DNA of 42,492 bases. It comes from an uncultured Pseudomonadota bacterium (GTDB lineage: Bacteria; Pseudomonadota; Alphaproteobacteria; RF32; CAG-239). The translations under genes and the position numbers were made by a program. Where the stretch lies: contig CADBPX010000122.1 in assembly GCA_902796625.1 (NCBI GenBank), positions 1 to 42,492 on the forward strand, in the 5' to 3' direction. The first letter of the stretch is position 1; each line of letters starts with the position of its first letter. Shown piece after piece: positions 8,871 through 17,938 of this stretch. The notes beneath the pieces were generated by a model. It had not been told where the DNA came from, searched no databases, and was given only the letters and a program-made list of their open reading frames with translations.

Positions 8871-10208
8871 TTACTTATCAATAGCATTGTCACATTTTTT
8901 TATTTCAACATTATACTGTTCAGATAAGTGGTTTAACCTATGAAAGTTATCTTTTGATAGCAAAACTTGTATTATTCTTTTTTCTTCATCGATAATTTTT
9001 TCTTGCAGGATTTTGCCGTGGCGATATAGCCATGCCCGCAATTTTCCTTCCGACAACGGCATAATAACGGTTTGGACTTCTTCTGCAGAAAACAACAATG
9101 AATCAATTCGTTTCAACAGTTCTTCGGTTCCCTGTCCGGTATAGGCCGAAACCAAAATCTGCCGTTTATTATGCGATATTTTTTCCTGCCAATTTTTTTG
9201 TTCGGCTACTGATAATAAGTCTGCCTTGTTAAGTACTTCAATGTAATTATCGGCAAGTTTAAGTTCAGACAGCCCCAGACTTTCCAACACCTTCAAAACG
9301 TCTGTTCGATGAGCAGCGCTATCACTATCGGCAATATCACAAACATGTAATATAACATCAGCATTCAAAACTTCTTCCAGTGTTGCTCTGAATGCCATAA
9401 TCAGTTCATGTGGCAAATCTGAAATAAAACCGACTGTATCCGACAAAATAACTTCTCGACCACTGGGAATAACAATCTTTCTCATTGTCGGATCTAACGT
9501 TGCAAAAAGCATATCTGCCGCCACTACTTCGCTTTTTGACAGCAAGTTAAATAATGTTGATTTACCGGCATTCGTGTATCCAACCAACGCAATAATAGGA
9601 TAAGGTACGCGACGGCGAGCCCCACGCTGAATTTCGCGTGTTTGTTTAACTTTGTCCAAATTTTTTTTGATTCGAGTAATCTTATCATCAATTATACGAC
9701 GATCCAACTCAATTTGGGTTTCACCCGGACCACCTAAAAAACCGGCACCGCCCCGTTGACGTTCTAAGTGTGTCCAACTACGGACCAAGCGTGACCGTTG
9801 GTAGGTTAAATGGGCTAATTCAACTTGCAACACCCCTTCTCTGGTTTGGGCTCTTTCTCCGAAAATTTCCAAAATTAATGCTGTACGGTCAATTACTTTG
9901 ATCTTTAGCTCTCGCTCCAAATTTCGCTGTTGGATGGGAGATAAATCAGTATCAACGACTAACAATTCGATGTTTTTTTCTTCCACATGTGATGCTATTT
10001 TTTCGATAATGCCGCGACTGAAATATGTTCCGGACCTTATTTTTCTTATGTGTATCGTTTCCTGCCAGACAACATCAAGATTAATGGCTCTGGCCAATCC
10101 GACAGCCTCTTGCAAACGGCTATCCTCGCTTATTGAAAATTTTGCACCGAAAACAACCGGAGATATAACTCCGACCTTTATCAAATTATCTTTTTGAACT
10201 TCAATCAC
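8871..10208 (-). CDS. hflX: GTPase HflX
   Basis: 'GYTNAGKSTLFN', 'SDTVGFI' and 'NKAD' G motifs plus the HflX N-domain. GTG start overlaps the hfq stop by 1 nt. Confidence 0.92.
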   Translation of the reverse strand: MIEVQKDNLIKVGVISPVVFGAKFSISEDSRLQEAVGLARAINLDVVWQETIHIRKIRSGTYFSRGIIEKIASHVEEKNIELLVVDTDLSPIQQRNLERELKIKVIDRTALILEIFGERAQTREGVLQVELAHLTYQRSRLVRSWTHLERQRGGAGFLGGPGETQIELDRRIIDDKITRIKKNLDKVKQTREIQRGARRRVPYPIIALVGYTNAGKSTLFNLLSKSEVVAADMLFATLDPTMRKIVIPSGREVILSDTVGFISDLPHELIMAFRATLEEVLNADVILHVCDIADSDSAAHRTDVLKVLESLGLSELKLADNYIEVLNKADLLSVAEQKNWQEKISHNKRQILVSAYTGQGTEELLKRIDSLLFSAEEVQTVIMPLSEGKLRAWLYRHGKILQEKIIDEEKRIIQVLLSKDNFHRLNHLSEQYNVEIKKCDNAIDK

Positions 10209-10423
10209 TATTCTTCAGCAATTTCAACCGAAACACTCGGCATAATCGTTGAAACAGCGTGCTTATACACCAGCTGGGTATGCCCATCTCGACGCAATAA
10301 CAAAGTGTTATCATCATACATTGTTATAATCCCCTGTAACTTAACCCCGTTAATCAAAAAAACGGTTACGGCAACACGATTATCCTTTAAATCATCTAAA
10401 AAATCACTTTGTACTTTATTCAT
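10208..10423 (-). CDS. hfq: RNA chaperone Hfq
   Basis: 'VTVFLINGVKLQGIITMYDDNTLLL...QLVYKHAVSTIMP' Sm1/Sm2 motifs. Confidence 0.95.
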   Translation of the reverse strand: MNKVQSDFLDDLKDNRVAVTVFLINGVKLQGIITMYDDNTLLLRRDGHTQLVYKHAVSTIMPSVSVEIAEE

Positions 10424-10543
10424 TTTTATTCCTTATAAAAGAGATTTATCTTTGATAACGTAAATCTATGTCCTTTTTTCGAAAAAATCTACTATAATTT
10501 ATATTTGTACACGTATTATTTGGTTAATAATTATAAAATACGG

Positions 10544-10571
10544 TTGCTAAATCATGTAAACATTATATACT
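10544..10571 (+). promoter_or_regulatory. sigma70-like promoter TTGCTA-16-TATACT
   Basis: -35 at 10544-10549 and -10 at 10566-10571, 22 nt upstream of the rmuC ATG. Confidence 0.4.
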
Positions 10572-10593
10572 TTCATCATTGAAAGGAAAAGGT

Positions 10594-11937
10594 ATGAATA
10601 TTAATTTTGCAATACTCCAAAACCCTCTTATTTGCGGCATTATAGCTTTGAGCATAGTGCTGATTATTTTTTTATGTTTTTTGATGACCTTTATCGTTAA
10701 AAATTCCAATAAAAAAATACTGATTGCCACTCTTTACGAACAGCTGCACGATTTTCAAAAACGAAATCAGCAATTAGAGGAAGTGAATAACGGCCTGTCA
10801 AATGAAAATTCCCGCCTTAAGACCGAGTACTCGAATCAACGGCGATATATGGAAGATAAATTGCAATATATCGAACAAAATAAAAATGAAATGGCTCTCA
10901 AATTTCGCGATATTTCCAATGAAATTATTCGTTCGCAATCTCAGCTAATAAGCGAAAACCAAAAAAACACCCTCAGCACCCTGCTTTCTCCTTTTCAAGA
11001 GCAACTTAAATCGTTTAAAGACGAAGTTAATAAGGCAAATTTAGAGAACATTAAAAACAAATCGAGCTTTGATGAACAGTTTAAGAATTTATTGCAATTA
11101 AACCAATCTCTGAGTAACGATGCTCAAAATCTTACCAATGCCTTGCGCGGTAACAAAAAAATGCAAGGTGATTGGGGAGAAGTTGAACTTAATCGTATTT
11201 TGGAAATATCCGGTTTACAGAAAAATATTGATTATTTTACGCAGGAAAATTTTAAAAATGCCGAAAATCAGAATTTAAGACCGGATGTTATTGTAAGACT
11301 GCCTAATGAACGAAGCGTTGTGGTTGATTCTAAAGTATCTCTTAATGACTACGTTACATATATAAACGCCGAAAATGATGCCGATAAACTGCCGGCGTTA
11401 CAAAAACATATTCAAAACATCAAATCTCATATTGATGAACTATCCGCTAAAGAATACCAAAAATTGTTAAAAGAAGAAACTTTGGATTATGTTGTCATTT
11501 TTATTCCGATTGAAAGTGCGTTTGTTGACGCTATCAATAAAGATCCATCTTTATACGATTACGCCTACAAAAAAAATATTGCCTTGACAACTCCGTCATC
11601 TCTTTTACCAATATTACGCACGGTTGAAAATCTATGGCAAATTGAAAATCGCAATAAATATGTGCAGAAAATTGCTGAAGTCGGAGGTTATTTATATGAT
11701 AAACTAGCTAATTTTACCGATGATATGCAAAAAATTGATAAAGCTCTCGGGGTGGCTCGGCAAAACTATGAACAAGCTGTTTCCAAGTTATCTCAAGGCA
11801 AAGGTAATGCTTTATCTTTGGCAACGCGTCTGAAAGAATATGGAGCAAAAGCCAATAAAGTTATTACCATGGAATATGATGACACTGAAAATGAATTATT
11901 AAAAATTAATGAAAACTCTAATCAAAAGGCATCGTAA
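10594..11937 (+). CDS. rmuC: DNA recombination protein RmuC
   Basis: N-terminal TM segment, long coiled coil, and a C-terminal 'RPDVIVRLPNERSVVVDSKVSL...FIPIESAF' RmuC nuclease-like domain. I prefer the ATG at 10594 (GGAAAAGG SD) over the TTG at 10579. Confidence 0.85.
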   Translation: MNINFAILQNPLICGIIALSIVLIIFLCFLMTFIVKNSNKKILIATLYEQLHDFQKRNQQLEEVNNGLSNENSRLKTEYSNQRRYMEDKLQYIEQNKNEMALKFRDISNEIIRSQSQLISENQKNTLSTLLSPFQEQLKSFKDEVNKANLENIKNKSSFDEQFKNLLQLNQSLSNDAQNLTNALRGNKKMQGDWGEVELNRILEISGLQKNIDYFTQENFKNAENQNLRPDVIVRLPNERSVVVDSKVSLNDYVTYINAENDADKLPALQKHIQNIKSHIDELSAKEYQKLLKEETLDYVVIFIPIESAFVDAINKDPSLYDYAYKKNIALTTPSSLLPILRTVENLWQIENRNKYVQKIAEVGGYLYDKLANFTDDMQKIDKALGVARQNYEQAVSKLSQGKGNALSLATRLKEYGAKANKVITMEYDDTENELLKINENSNQKAS

Positions 11938-11938
11938 A

Positions 11939-13015
11939 ATGAAAAAAATACTTTTTACCGGCGGTGGTTCCGGCGGACATGTTACACTGAATTTAAATTT
12001 AATACCTCTTTTCCAAGAAAACGGATGGGAAATTATATATATAGGTTCCAAAAACGGTATTGAAAAAGATTTAATTGCCCAAATAAACGGTGTTAAATAC
12101 TATGCCATTGAAACCGGCAAATTGCGTCGTTATTTTTCTTGGCAAAATTTCAAAGATGCCTTACGAGTTCCGGTTGGCATTATTCAGGCTTGGCAAATTA
12201 TCCGTCATGAAAAACCTGAAGTAATTTTTTCAAAGGGCGGATTTGTTTCTTTTCCGGTTGTGTTGGCAGGATATTTGAATAAATGTAAAAAAATTTATAT
12301 GCATGAATCTGATGTTACTCCGGGTTTAGCCAATAAAATGTCATTACCTTTTGTCAGTATGTTTTTTACAACTTTCCCTGATACCGTAAAATATGTTAAA
12401 AATCCGCAGAAAGTTAATTACGTCGGTCCGGTCCTGTCTGATCGGTTAAATAACGGTGATGCCGAAAAAGGAAAGAAATTCTGTAAATTTAAAGATGATA
12501 AACCGGTTATTATGTTTGTCGGCGGTTCGCTCGGCGCCAAAAGCATAAATAATGCCGTAAAAAAGAATTTGGATAAATTGTTGGCTAAATATAACATTAT
12601 CCATATATGCGGCAAAGAACAAACCGATGGCACCGAAAAAGATGGCTACATTCAATTTGAATTCGTTGATAAAGAATTTAAAGATTTGATGGCTTTGGCT
12701 GATATTGTTGTTTCACGTTCGGGTTCAAATGCTATTTTTGAGCTTTTAAGCTTGCGTAAACCAATGCTTTTGATTCCGCTACCGTCAACTTCAAGCCGAG
12801 GTGAACAAACATTAAATGCTTTATCTTTCCAAAGACAAGGATTTGCCGAGGTAATATATGACCAAGATTTAGGCAAAGAAAACATCCTTATAAACGCTAT
12901 AAATGACATGTATGCGCAAAAACTTAATTATATTGATAACATGAACAAAGCGGATTTAAAACAAACTTCAAATTTACAGCTGTATCAGGAAATAATTAAT
13001 GACAAAAACGTATAA
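11939..13015 (+). CDS. murG: GT28 glycosyltransferase, MurG (lipid II synthase), Bacilli-like sequence type
   Basis: 'KILFTGGGSGGHV', 'GKLRRYFSWQN', 'SKGGFVS.P' and 'HESD..PGLANK'. From memory these closely resemble streptococcal/Bacillus MurG. Starts 1 nt after the rmuC stop. Confidence 0.78.
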   Translation: MKKILFTGGGSGGHVTLNLNLIPLFQENGWEIIYIGSKNGIEKDLIAQINGVKYYAIETGKLRRYFSWQNFKDALRVPVGIIQAWQIIRHEKPEVIFSKGGFVSFPVVLAGYLNKCKKIYMHESDVTPGLANKMSLPFVSMFFTTFPDTVKYVKNPQKVNYVGPVLSDRLNNGDAEKGKKFCKFKDDKPVIMFVGGSLGAKSINNAVKKNLDKLLAKYNIIHICGKEQTDGTEKDGYIQFEFVDKEFKDLMALADIVVSRSGSNAIFELLSLRKPMLLIPLPSTSSRGEQTLNALSFQRQGFAEVIYDQDLGKENILINAINDMYAQKLNYIDNMNKADLKQTSNLQLYQEIINDKNV

Positions 13016-13718
13016 AAATATTGTCATATTAACGGGCGCCGGCATATCTGCAGAATCCGGATTGGCAACATTTCGTAGCTCTGATGGTTTGTGGAACAAT
13101 CACCGAGTAGAAGATGTCGCAACTATTGAAGCTTTTTATCGCAATCCGAACGTCGTGCATGATTTCTACAACAGTATGCGCCCGGAAATGCAACAGGTTA
13201 AACCCAACGCTGCCCATACTGCCATAACTAAACTACAACAGTTTTATCCGGCTGATATCAGTGTGGTAACCCAAAACGTTGATATATTACATGAAAAAGC
13301 CGGCAACAAAAATGTCTTCCATATCCACGGACAAATAAATCAGATTGTCTGCTTAAACTGCGGTAACGTTTTTGAAACTTGGAACGATGTATCCGCACAA
13401 GATGTTTGTCCGCAGTGCCATAAAAAAGGATATCTTAAACCTAATATTGTCTTTTTCGGTGAAAACCTACTCTATATGAACCACGTTGACAGCTTATTAC
13501 AATCGTGTGATTTGTTTATTTCCATTGGAACTTCGGGAGTTGTCTATCCGGCAGCCGGATTTGTGCAGACTGCCAAATTTTTCGGAGCTGAAAGCTATGA
13601 ATTCAATATGGAGAAAACCTCAAACAATATTTTGTTTGACCACCATATATACGGACCGGCGGGAACAACTTTTCCCAAATTTGTGGAAAATTTGTTATCA
13701 CACAGTGATATAGGCTAA
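12999..13718 (+). CDS. cobB: NAD-dependent protein deacylase (Sir2/CobB family)
   Basis: 'GAGISAESGLATFRSSDGLW', 'QNVDILHEKAG', 'HG' and a CxxC...CxxC zinc ribbon. Overlaps murG by 17 nt. Confidence 0.9.
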   Translation: MTKTYKNIVILTGAGISAESGLATFRSSDGLWNNHRVEDVATIEAFYRNPNVVHDFYNSMRPEMQQVKPNAAHTAITKLQQFYPADISVVTQNVDILHEKAGNKNVFHIHGQINQIVCLNCGNVFETWNDVSAQDVCPQCHKKGYLKPNIVFFGENLLYMNHVDSLLQSCDLFISIGTSGVVYPAAGFVQTAKFFGAESYEFNMEKTSNNILFDHHIYGPAGTTFPKFVENLLSHSDIG

Positions 13719-15841
13719 CGCATAATTGCTTTGCGTGCCCTTACAAAATCATCATTGTTTTCAAAATCTTCCATATCAACAGGCAATTTGCGTCGCCAAT
13801 TCGGATGCTTATCAACATCGGTTCCCGGAAGATTTTGCAAAACAGTAACGCCGAAAATGTCTTCTAATTGCGCCAGATAGACATCACTATTACTTAGCGA
13901 TACATATTTTTCAACAGCTTCCATAATACCATTAGGATACCCTTCTCCATACAAACAATCACCTTGCCGTGGTTTATCCTGTGGCCAGACACCGGCGTTA
14001 TCCAAAGCTCTGAGTAAACGGCAACGTTCATCTTCTCGCCCTTTATATTGCTCTGTACGGGCATCATCGGATATCATTTTAAGTTGATACATGGTTTCAA
14101 TATCATATCCGAACCACCGCATTTTCAGTGGAGCCATATCATGTGTTCCTACTGAGGCATACGCTTTTTGCGGAAAATCATACGGCATCTTAAAATCGCC
14201 ATATCCGTTCCATCTTTCTCCCCACATAGCACTCAATGAATATATTCCTCTTTCATGAAGCTTCTCCACGAAACCATCCGGAACATTACCGATACTTTCA
14301 CCGACGATCATGCATTTGTTCAAATAGCTTTCCAGAACGACCAAGCCCAACATGTCCGTAAAATTATAATATATATATGTTCCTTCGTCAGACTTATCAG
14401 GAATTACATATAATCTCATTAAACTCATGACATGATCAATACGTAAAGCGCCGGCATCAGCCATAGCGGCACGCAATATTTTTATAAACGGCAAATAGGC
14501 ATTGGCTTTAAGTGTATATGGATTAAAAGCCCCTAAACACCATTTTTGTCCCTGAGGGAAGAATACATCTGGTGGAGCACCGGCACCGCATTCTTTGATA
14601 AACAGATCATTACCGGCCCATATTTCTTCACTGTCTTTGCATAGTCCAACCGGAAGGTCGCGATATAAGCCGATTTTGAGACCGCATTTTTTTATCTCCT
14701 GCGACACTTCTTGCAATTGTTGTGCCGCAATAAATTGCAAATATCTGAAGAAATCGAATTGTCTTTGGTGACTGTTTTTAAACTCAAAAACGGCCTTTGA
14801 ATATGGGTTTTGCAATTCTGCCGGCCAATTTTTCCAACCGATTTTTCCTTGTGATACATAGATTGTGTAAATAGTCTGATAAATGGCAAATTGCTCTAAA
14901 TCAACACCTTGATCATTGCAGAATTTTATAAATTTTTTATATTCAGTTGTTTTTTTATTCTGATAAAATTCACTGAATATTCTTTCCAAGACACTGATTT
15001 TCGTATTATATATTTCAGTATAACAAATATTTTCACTTTGTTTAACTTTATGCAAAATTTCGGCAAATTCATCTTTATATTCTGGCTTATAACCGTGCAC
15101 ATTTTCAACATCAATATATATGGGATTTAAAAAGAGACGGCTGATTGATGAATAAGGACTGGCATTTTCCGGAAAATCATGGAACAGTGCATTTAGCGGG
15201 TTAACCCCGATAACATCAGCTCCTTGCCGCTCACACAAATCTACAAAGTTTTTCAAATCCGTAAAATCACCGACCCCCCAATTACGCTTGCTTGACAAAG
15301 CGTACAATTGAATCGCATATCCCCATATTTTTTGCTGAGATATAATATCAGGAACATAACACATATCTGGAGTAACCGCCAACTTTGTATGGGCCATTTT
15401 ATGATCAAAACAGATATCTATATCATAATATCCGGGAGCCATGTCTGATATAATTTTCATTTTTACAAAACTATACTCTCTTTTACCGATTTCTTGGCGT
15501 CCAATAATCTCTTGCTCATAATCCAAAGACATGATTTTTTTATTTTGATAAACCTTTATCTCAATATTTTCTACTGCATCCGAAGGAACAACCACATCAA
15601 ATATTTTATCTTGCATACGCACAACATAAATTGCTTCCGTTGTATATTGCCAACGCATATTTTCTAATTTTTCCAACATGCGGTCGCATTGGTTTTTATC
15701 CTTAAAAGAAAAGCCTAAATTATTTATCATTTGGCATAATGTTTCATCACTGATATGATATGTTTTATCTTGTTGAATAGCGTCAGAAAAAGTTTTTGCT
15801 ATCCCAATTTTTTGCAATAATTTATCCCAATTATTTTCCAT
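13715..15841 (-). CDS. malQ: 4-alpha-glucanotransferase (amylomaltase, long MalQ type)
   Basis: GH77 hallmarks 'GVNPLN', 'LRIDHVMSL', 'IVGESIG' and 'VGTHDM'. I chose the start at 'MENNWDK' (GGAGGA SD), 1 nt after the glgX stop. Confidence 0.9.
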   Translation of the reverse strand: MENNWDKLLQKIGIAKTFSDAIQQDKTYHISDETLCQMINNLGFSFKDKNQCDRMLEKLENMRWQYTTEAIYVVRMQDKIFDVVVPSDAVENIEIKVYQNKKIMSLDYEQEIIGRQEIGKREYSFVKMKIISDMAPGYYDIDICFDHKMAHTKLAVTPDMCYVPDIISQQKIWGYAIQLYALSSKRNWGVGDFTDLKNFVDLCERQGADVIGVNPLNALFHDFPENASPYSSISRLFLNPIYIDVENVHGYKPEYKDEFAEILHKVKQSENICYTEIYNTKISVLERIFSEFYQNKKTTEYKKFIKFCNDQGVDLEQFAIYQTIYTIYVSQGKIGWKNWPAELQNPYSKAVFEFKNSHQRQFDFFRYLQFIAAQQLQEVSQEIKKCGLKIGLYRDLPVGLCKDSEEIWAGNDLFIKECGAGAPPDVFFPQGQKWCLGAFNPYTLKANAYLPFIKILRAAMADAGALRIDHVMSLMRLYVIPDKSDEGTYIYYNFTDMLGLVVLESYLNKCMIVGESIGNVPDGFVEKLHERGIYSLSAMWGERWNGYGDFKMPYDFPQKAYASVGTHDMAPLKMRWFGYDIETMYQLKMISDDARTEQYKGREDERCRLLRALDNAGVWPQDKPRQGDCLYGEGYPNGIMEAVEKYVSLSNSDVYLAQLEDIFGVTVLQNLPGTDVDKHPNWRRKLPVDMEDFENNDDFVRARKAIMR

Positions 15842-15842
15842 T

Positions 15843-17930
15843 TTATTCCTCCGCTTTAGATACCTTAAACAACAACACACACCATGCCGGAATTTCTATA
15901 TTATTTTTGTTGGCGTAATCCGTAGGTTTCAATATTTCCGAACTATCCAGAAGCAATTCTCTTTTTTGTTTGCCGATAAATTCCGGAACATACCACGTTT
16001 CAGGTTGACTATGACTGTTAAAAATCAGCCAATACGAATCTGTTCCGTCAAAAATCAGACAGGAAATGCTTTTGCGCCCCTCATCAGTCCAATCTTGAAT
16101 TGAGAATTCTTTTCCGCTTTCCGTAAGCCACATAAGATCCTTAACTTTTTTGCCGGCATAATTCCAAATATTACCGTCAAAAAAATCTCGACGCTGATAA
16201 ATATTCAACTTGTGACGCAATTTAATTAACTTATGTACATACTTTTGCAATTTAGCATCATCATTGTCTATGGCTTCCCAAACGAGCCAAGTATATACAT
16301 TATCCTGACAATACGGATTATTATTGCCAAATTGGGTATTACCGAATTCATCGCCGGCAACCAACATCGGTGTACCAAATGATAGAAGCAATGTAGCCAG
16401 CATAGCTCTCATTCTCTGTTGACGATTCATTAAAATGGTCGGATTATCAGACTCGCCTTCCGTTCCTGAATTCCAACTCCAATTAGCGCTATTGCCGTCG
16501 TTATTATTTTCCCCGTTTATAGCATTATGCTTATCGTTATAACAGACCAAATCTTTAAGGGTAAAGCCGTCGTGTGCCGTAATAAAGTTTATACTGCTCC
16601 ATATATCCCGATTATTATAGCGAAAGATATCACTTGATCCGGTGATTCGGCTGGCAAATTCACCAACCTGCTTGGTATCTCCGCGCCAAAATCGGCGGAT
16701 TACATCGCGGTATCTGTCATTCCATTCTGCCCATCCCGGAGGATACGCGCCGATTTTATAACCACCGATTGTCGCATCCCATGGCTCAACGATCATTTTA
16801 ACCTGACGCAAAGTATCATCTTGTCGGGCTGACATAAGAAATCCGCTTTCCATGGAAAACTTATTATTAACACGTCCCATGCTTGAAGCCAGATCCAATC
16901 TGAAACCGTCTACATGCATTTCCTCAGCCCAATATCGCAATGAATCCATTACCAAAGTTAAAACATACGGGTTCTGAATATTAAATGATGCTCCACAGCC
17001 CGTGGTATCAACGTAAAAACGCCGATTATCCTGTAAAATATAATAGCTTTCATTATCAATTCCGCGATAACATAAAGTCGGCCCCTTTTCATTGCCTTCA
17101 ATTGTATGATTGTAAACAACATCAAGGATTACTTCCTTGTTATGGCGATGAAATGTTTTCACCATTTGCTTAAAATCATCAATATTATTGTTCGTTAAAT
17201 ATTTTGCTTCGGGAACAAAATATGACAATGTTTCGTATCCCCAATAGTTATCTGTATACATGCCGTCTTTGTTACCGTAAAACGCAAAAACCGGCAATAA
17301 CTCTATTGTTGTAATTCCCAAATAATCCAAATATGACATTACAGCATTGGAAGCCATACCCAAAAATTTGCCGCGATGACTGTTTTCCACCTGAGGATGC
17401 AGCATTGTGTATCCCCTTACATGAGTTTCATAGATAACTGTATTTTCATATGGTACAGACGGTTTTTTATCATTTTCCCAATCAAAGGTATTTTCCACAA
17501 CAACGGCTTTAGGAACATAGGGTGCGCTATCCAATTTGCTAAAAGATAAATCACCTTCCGGACTGTCCGTATCATAACCGAAAAGAGCCTTATGCCATAT
17601 CAATTTACCGACTACTTTTTTGGCATACGGATCTAACAGTAATTTGTTTGGATTAAATCTTTTTCCTTCTTGTGGCTTATAAGGTCCGTAAACACGATAT
17701 CCGTAGACCTGTCCCGGTTGTAAATTTTCAATGTATATATGCCAGATATTGTTGTCGTTCGACAATATTGCAATACGTCCCACTTCTTTAACGCCAAACT
17801 CATCGAACAAACAAAGTTCGACCTTTTCGGCATTTTTAGAAAACAGAGCAAAATTTACTCCCTTTCCGTCATACACCGAACCGAGTGGATAAGATTTACC
17901 GTCATGAACCCTTATTTTATCCATAATCAT
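15843..17930 (-). CDS. glgX: Glycogen debranching enzyme GlgX
   Basis: 'YPLGSVYDGKGVNFALFS..AEKVELCLFD' N-terminus and the GH13 motifs 'DVVYNHT', 'GFRLDLAS', 'EPWD' and 'ITAHDGFTL'. Confidence 0.92.
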   Translation of the reverse strand: MIMDKIRVHDGKSYPLGSVYDGKGVNFALFSKNAEKVELCLFDEFGVKEVGRIAILSNDNNIWHIYIENLQPGQVYGYRVYGPYKPQEGKRFNPNKLLLDPYAKKVVGKLIWHKALFGYDTDSPEGDLSFSKLDSAPYVPKAVVVENTFDWENDKKPSVPYENTVIYETHVRGYTMLHPQVENSHRGKFLGMASNAVMSYLDYLGITTIELLPVFAFYGNKDGMYTDNYWGYETLSYFVPEAKYLTNNNIDDFKQMVKTFHRHNKEVILDVVYNHTIEGNEKGPTLCYRGIDNESYYILQDNRRFYVDTTGCGASFNIQNPYVLTLVMDSLRYWAEEMHVDGFRLDLASSMGRVNNKFSMESGFLMSARQDDTLRQVKMIVEPWDATIGGYKIGAYPPGWAEWNDRYRDVIRRFWRGDTKQVGEFASRITGSSDIFRYNNRDIWSSINFITAHDGFTLKDLVCYNDKHNAINGENNNDGNSANWSWNSGTEGESDNPTILMNRQQRMRAMLATLLLSFGTPMLVAGDEFGNTQFGNNNPYCQDNVYTWLVWEAIDNDDAKLQKYVHKLIKLRHKLNIYQRRDFFDGNIWNYAGKKVKDLMWLTESGKEFSIQDWTDEGRKSISCLIFDGTDSYWLIFNSHSQPETWYVPEFIGKQKRELLLDSSEILKPTDYANKNNIEIPAWCVLLFKVSKAEE

Positions 17931-17938
17931 CTGCCCTA

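Noticed and set aside
10194-10463. 89-aa plus-strand ORF opposite hfq
   Set aside because: Antisense shadow of the highly conserved hfq gene.
10474-10487. Palindrome TTTTTTCGAAAAAA in the hfq/rmuC divergent region
   Set aside because: It is pure A/T apart from the central CG and cannot form a stable hairpin (no loop). Such sequences are expected by chance in AT-rich intergenic DNA.
12999-13718. Sir2-domain protein as a possible anti-phage defence component (Thoeris/DSR-like)
   Set aside because: The sequence is a compact, canonical CobB-type sirtuin with intact NAD-binding motifs and a zinc ribbon. It has no extra effector or sensor domains and no defence-type neighbours.
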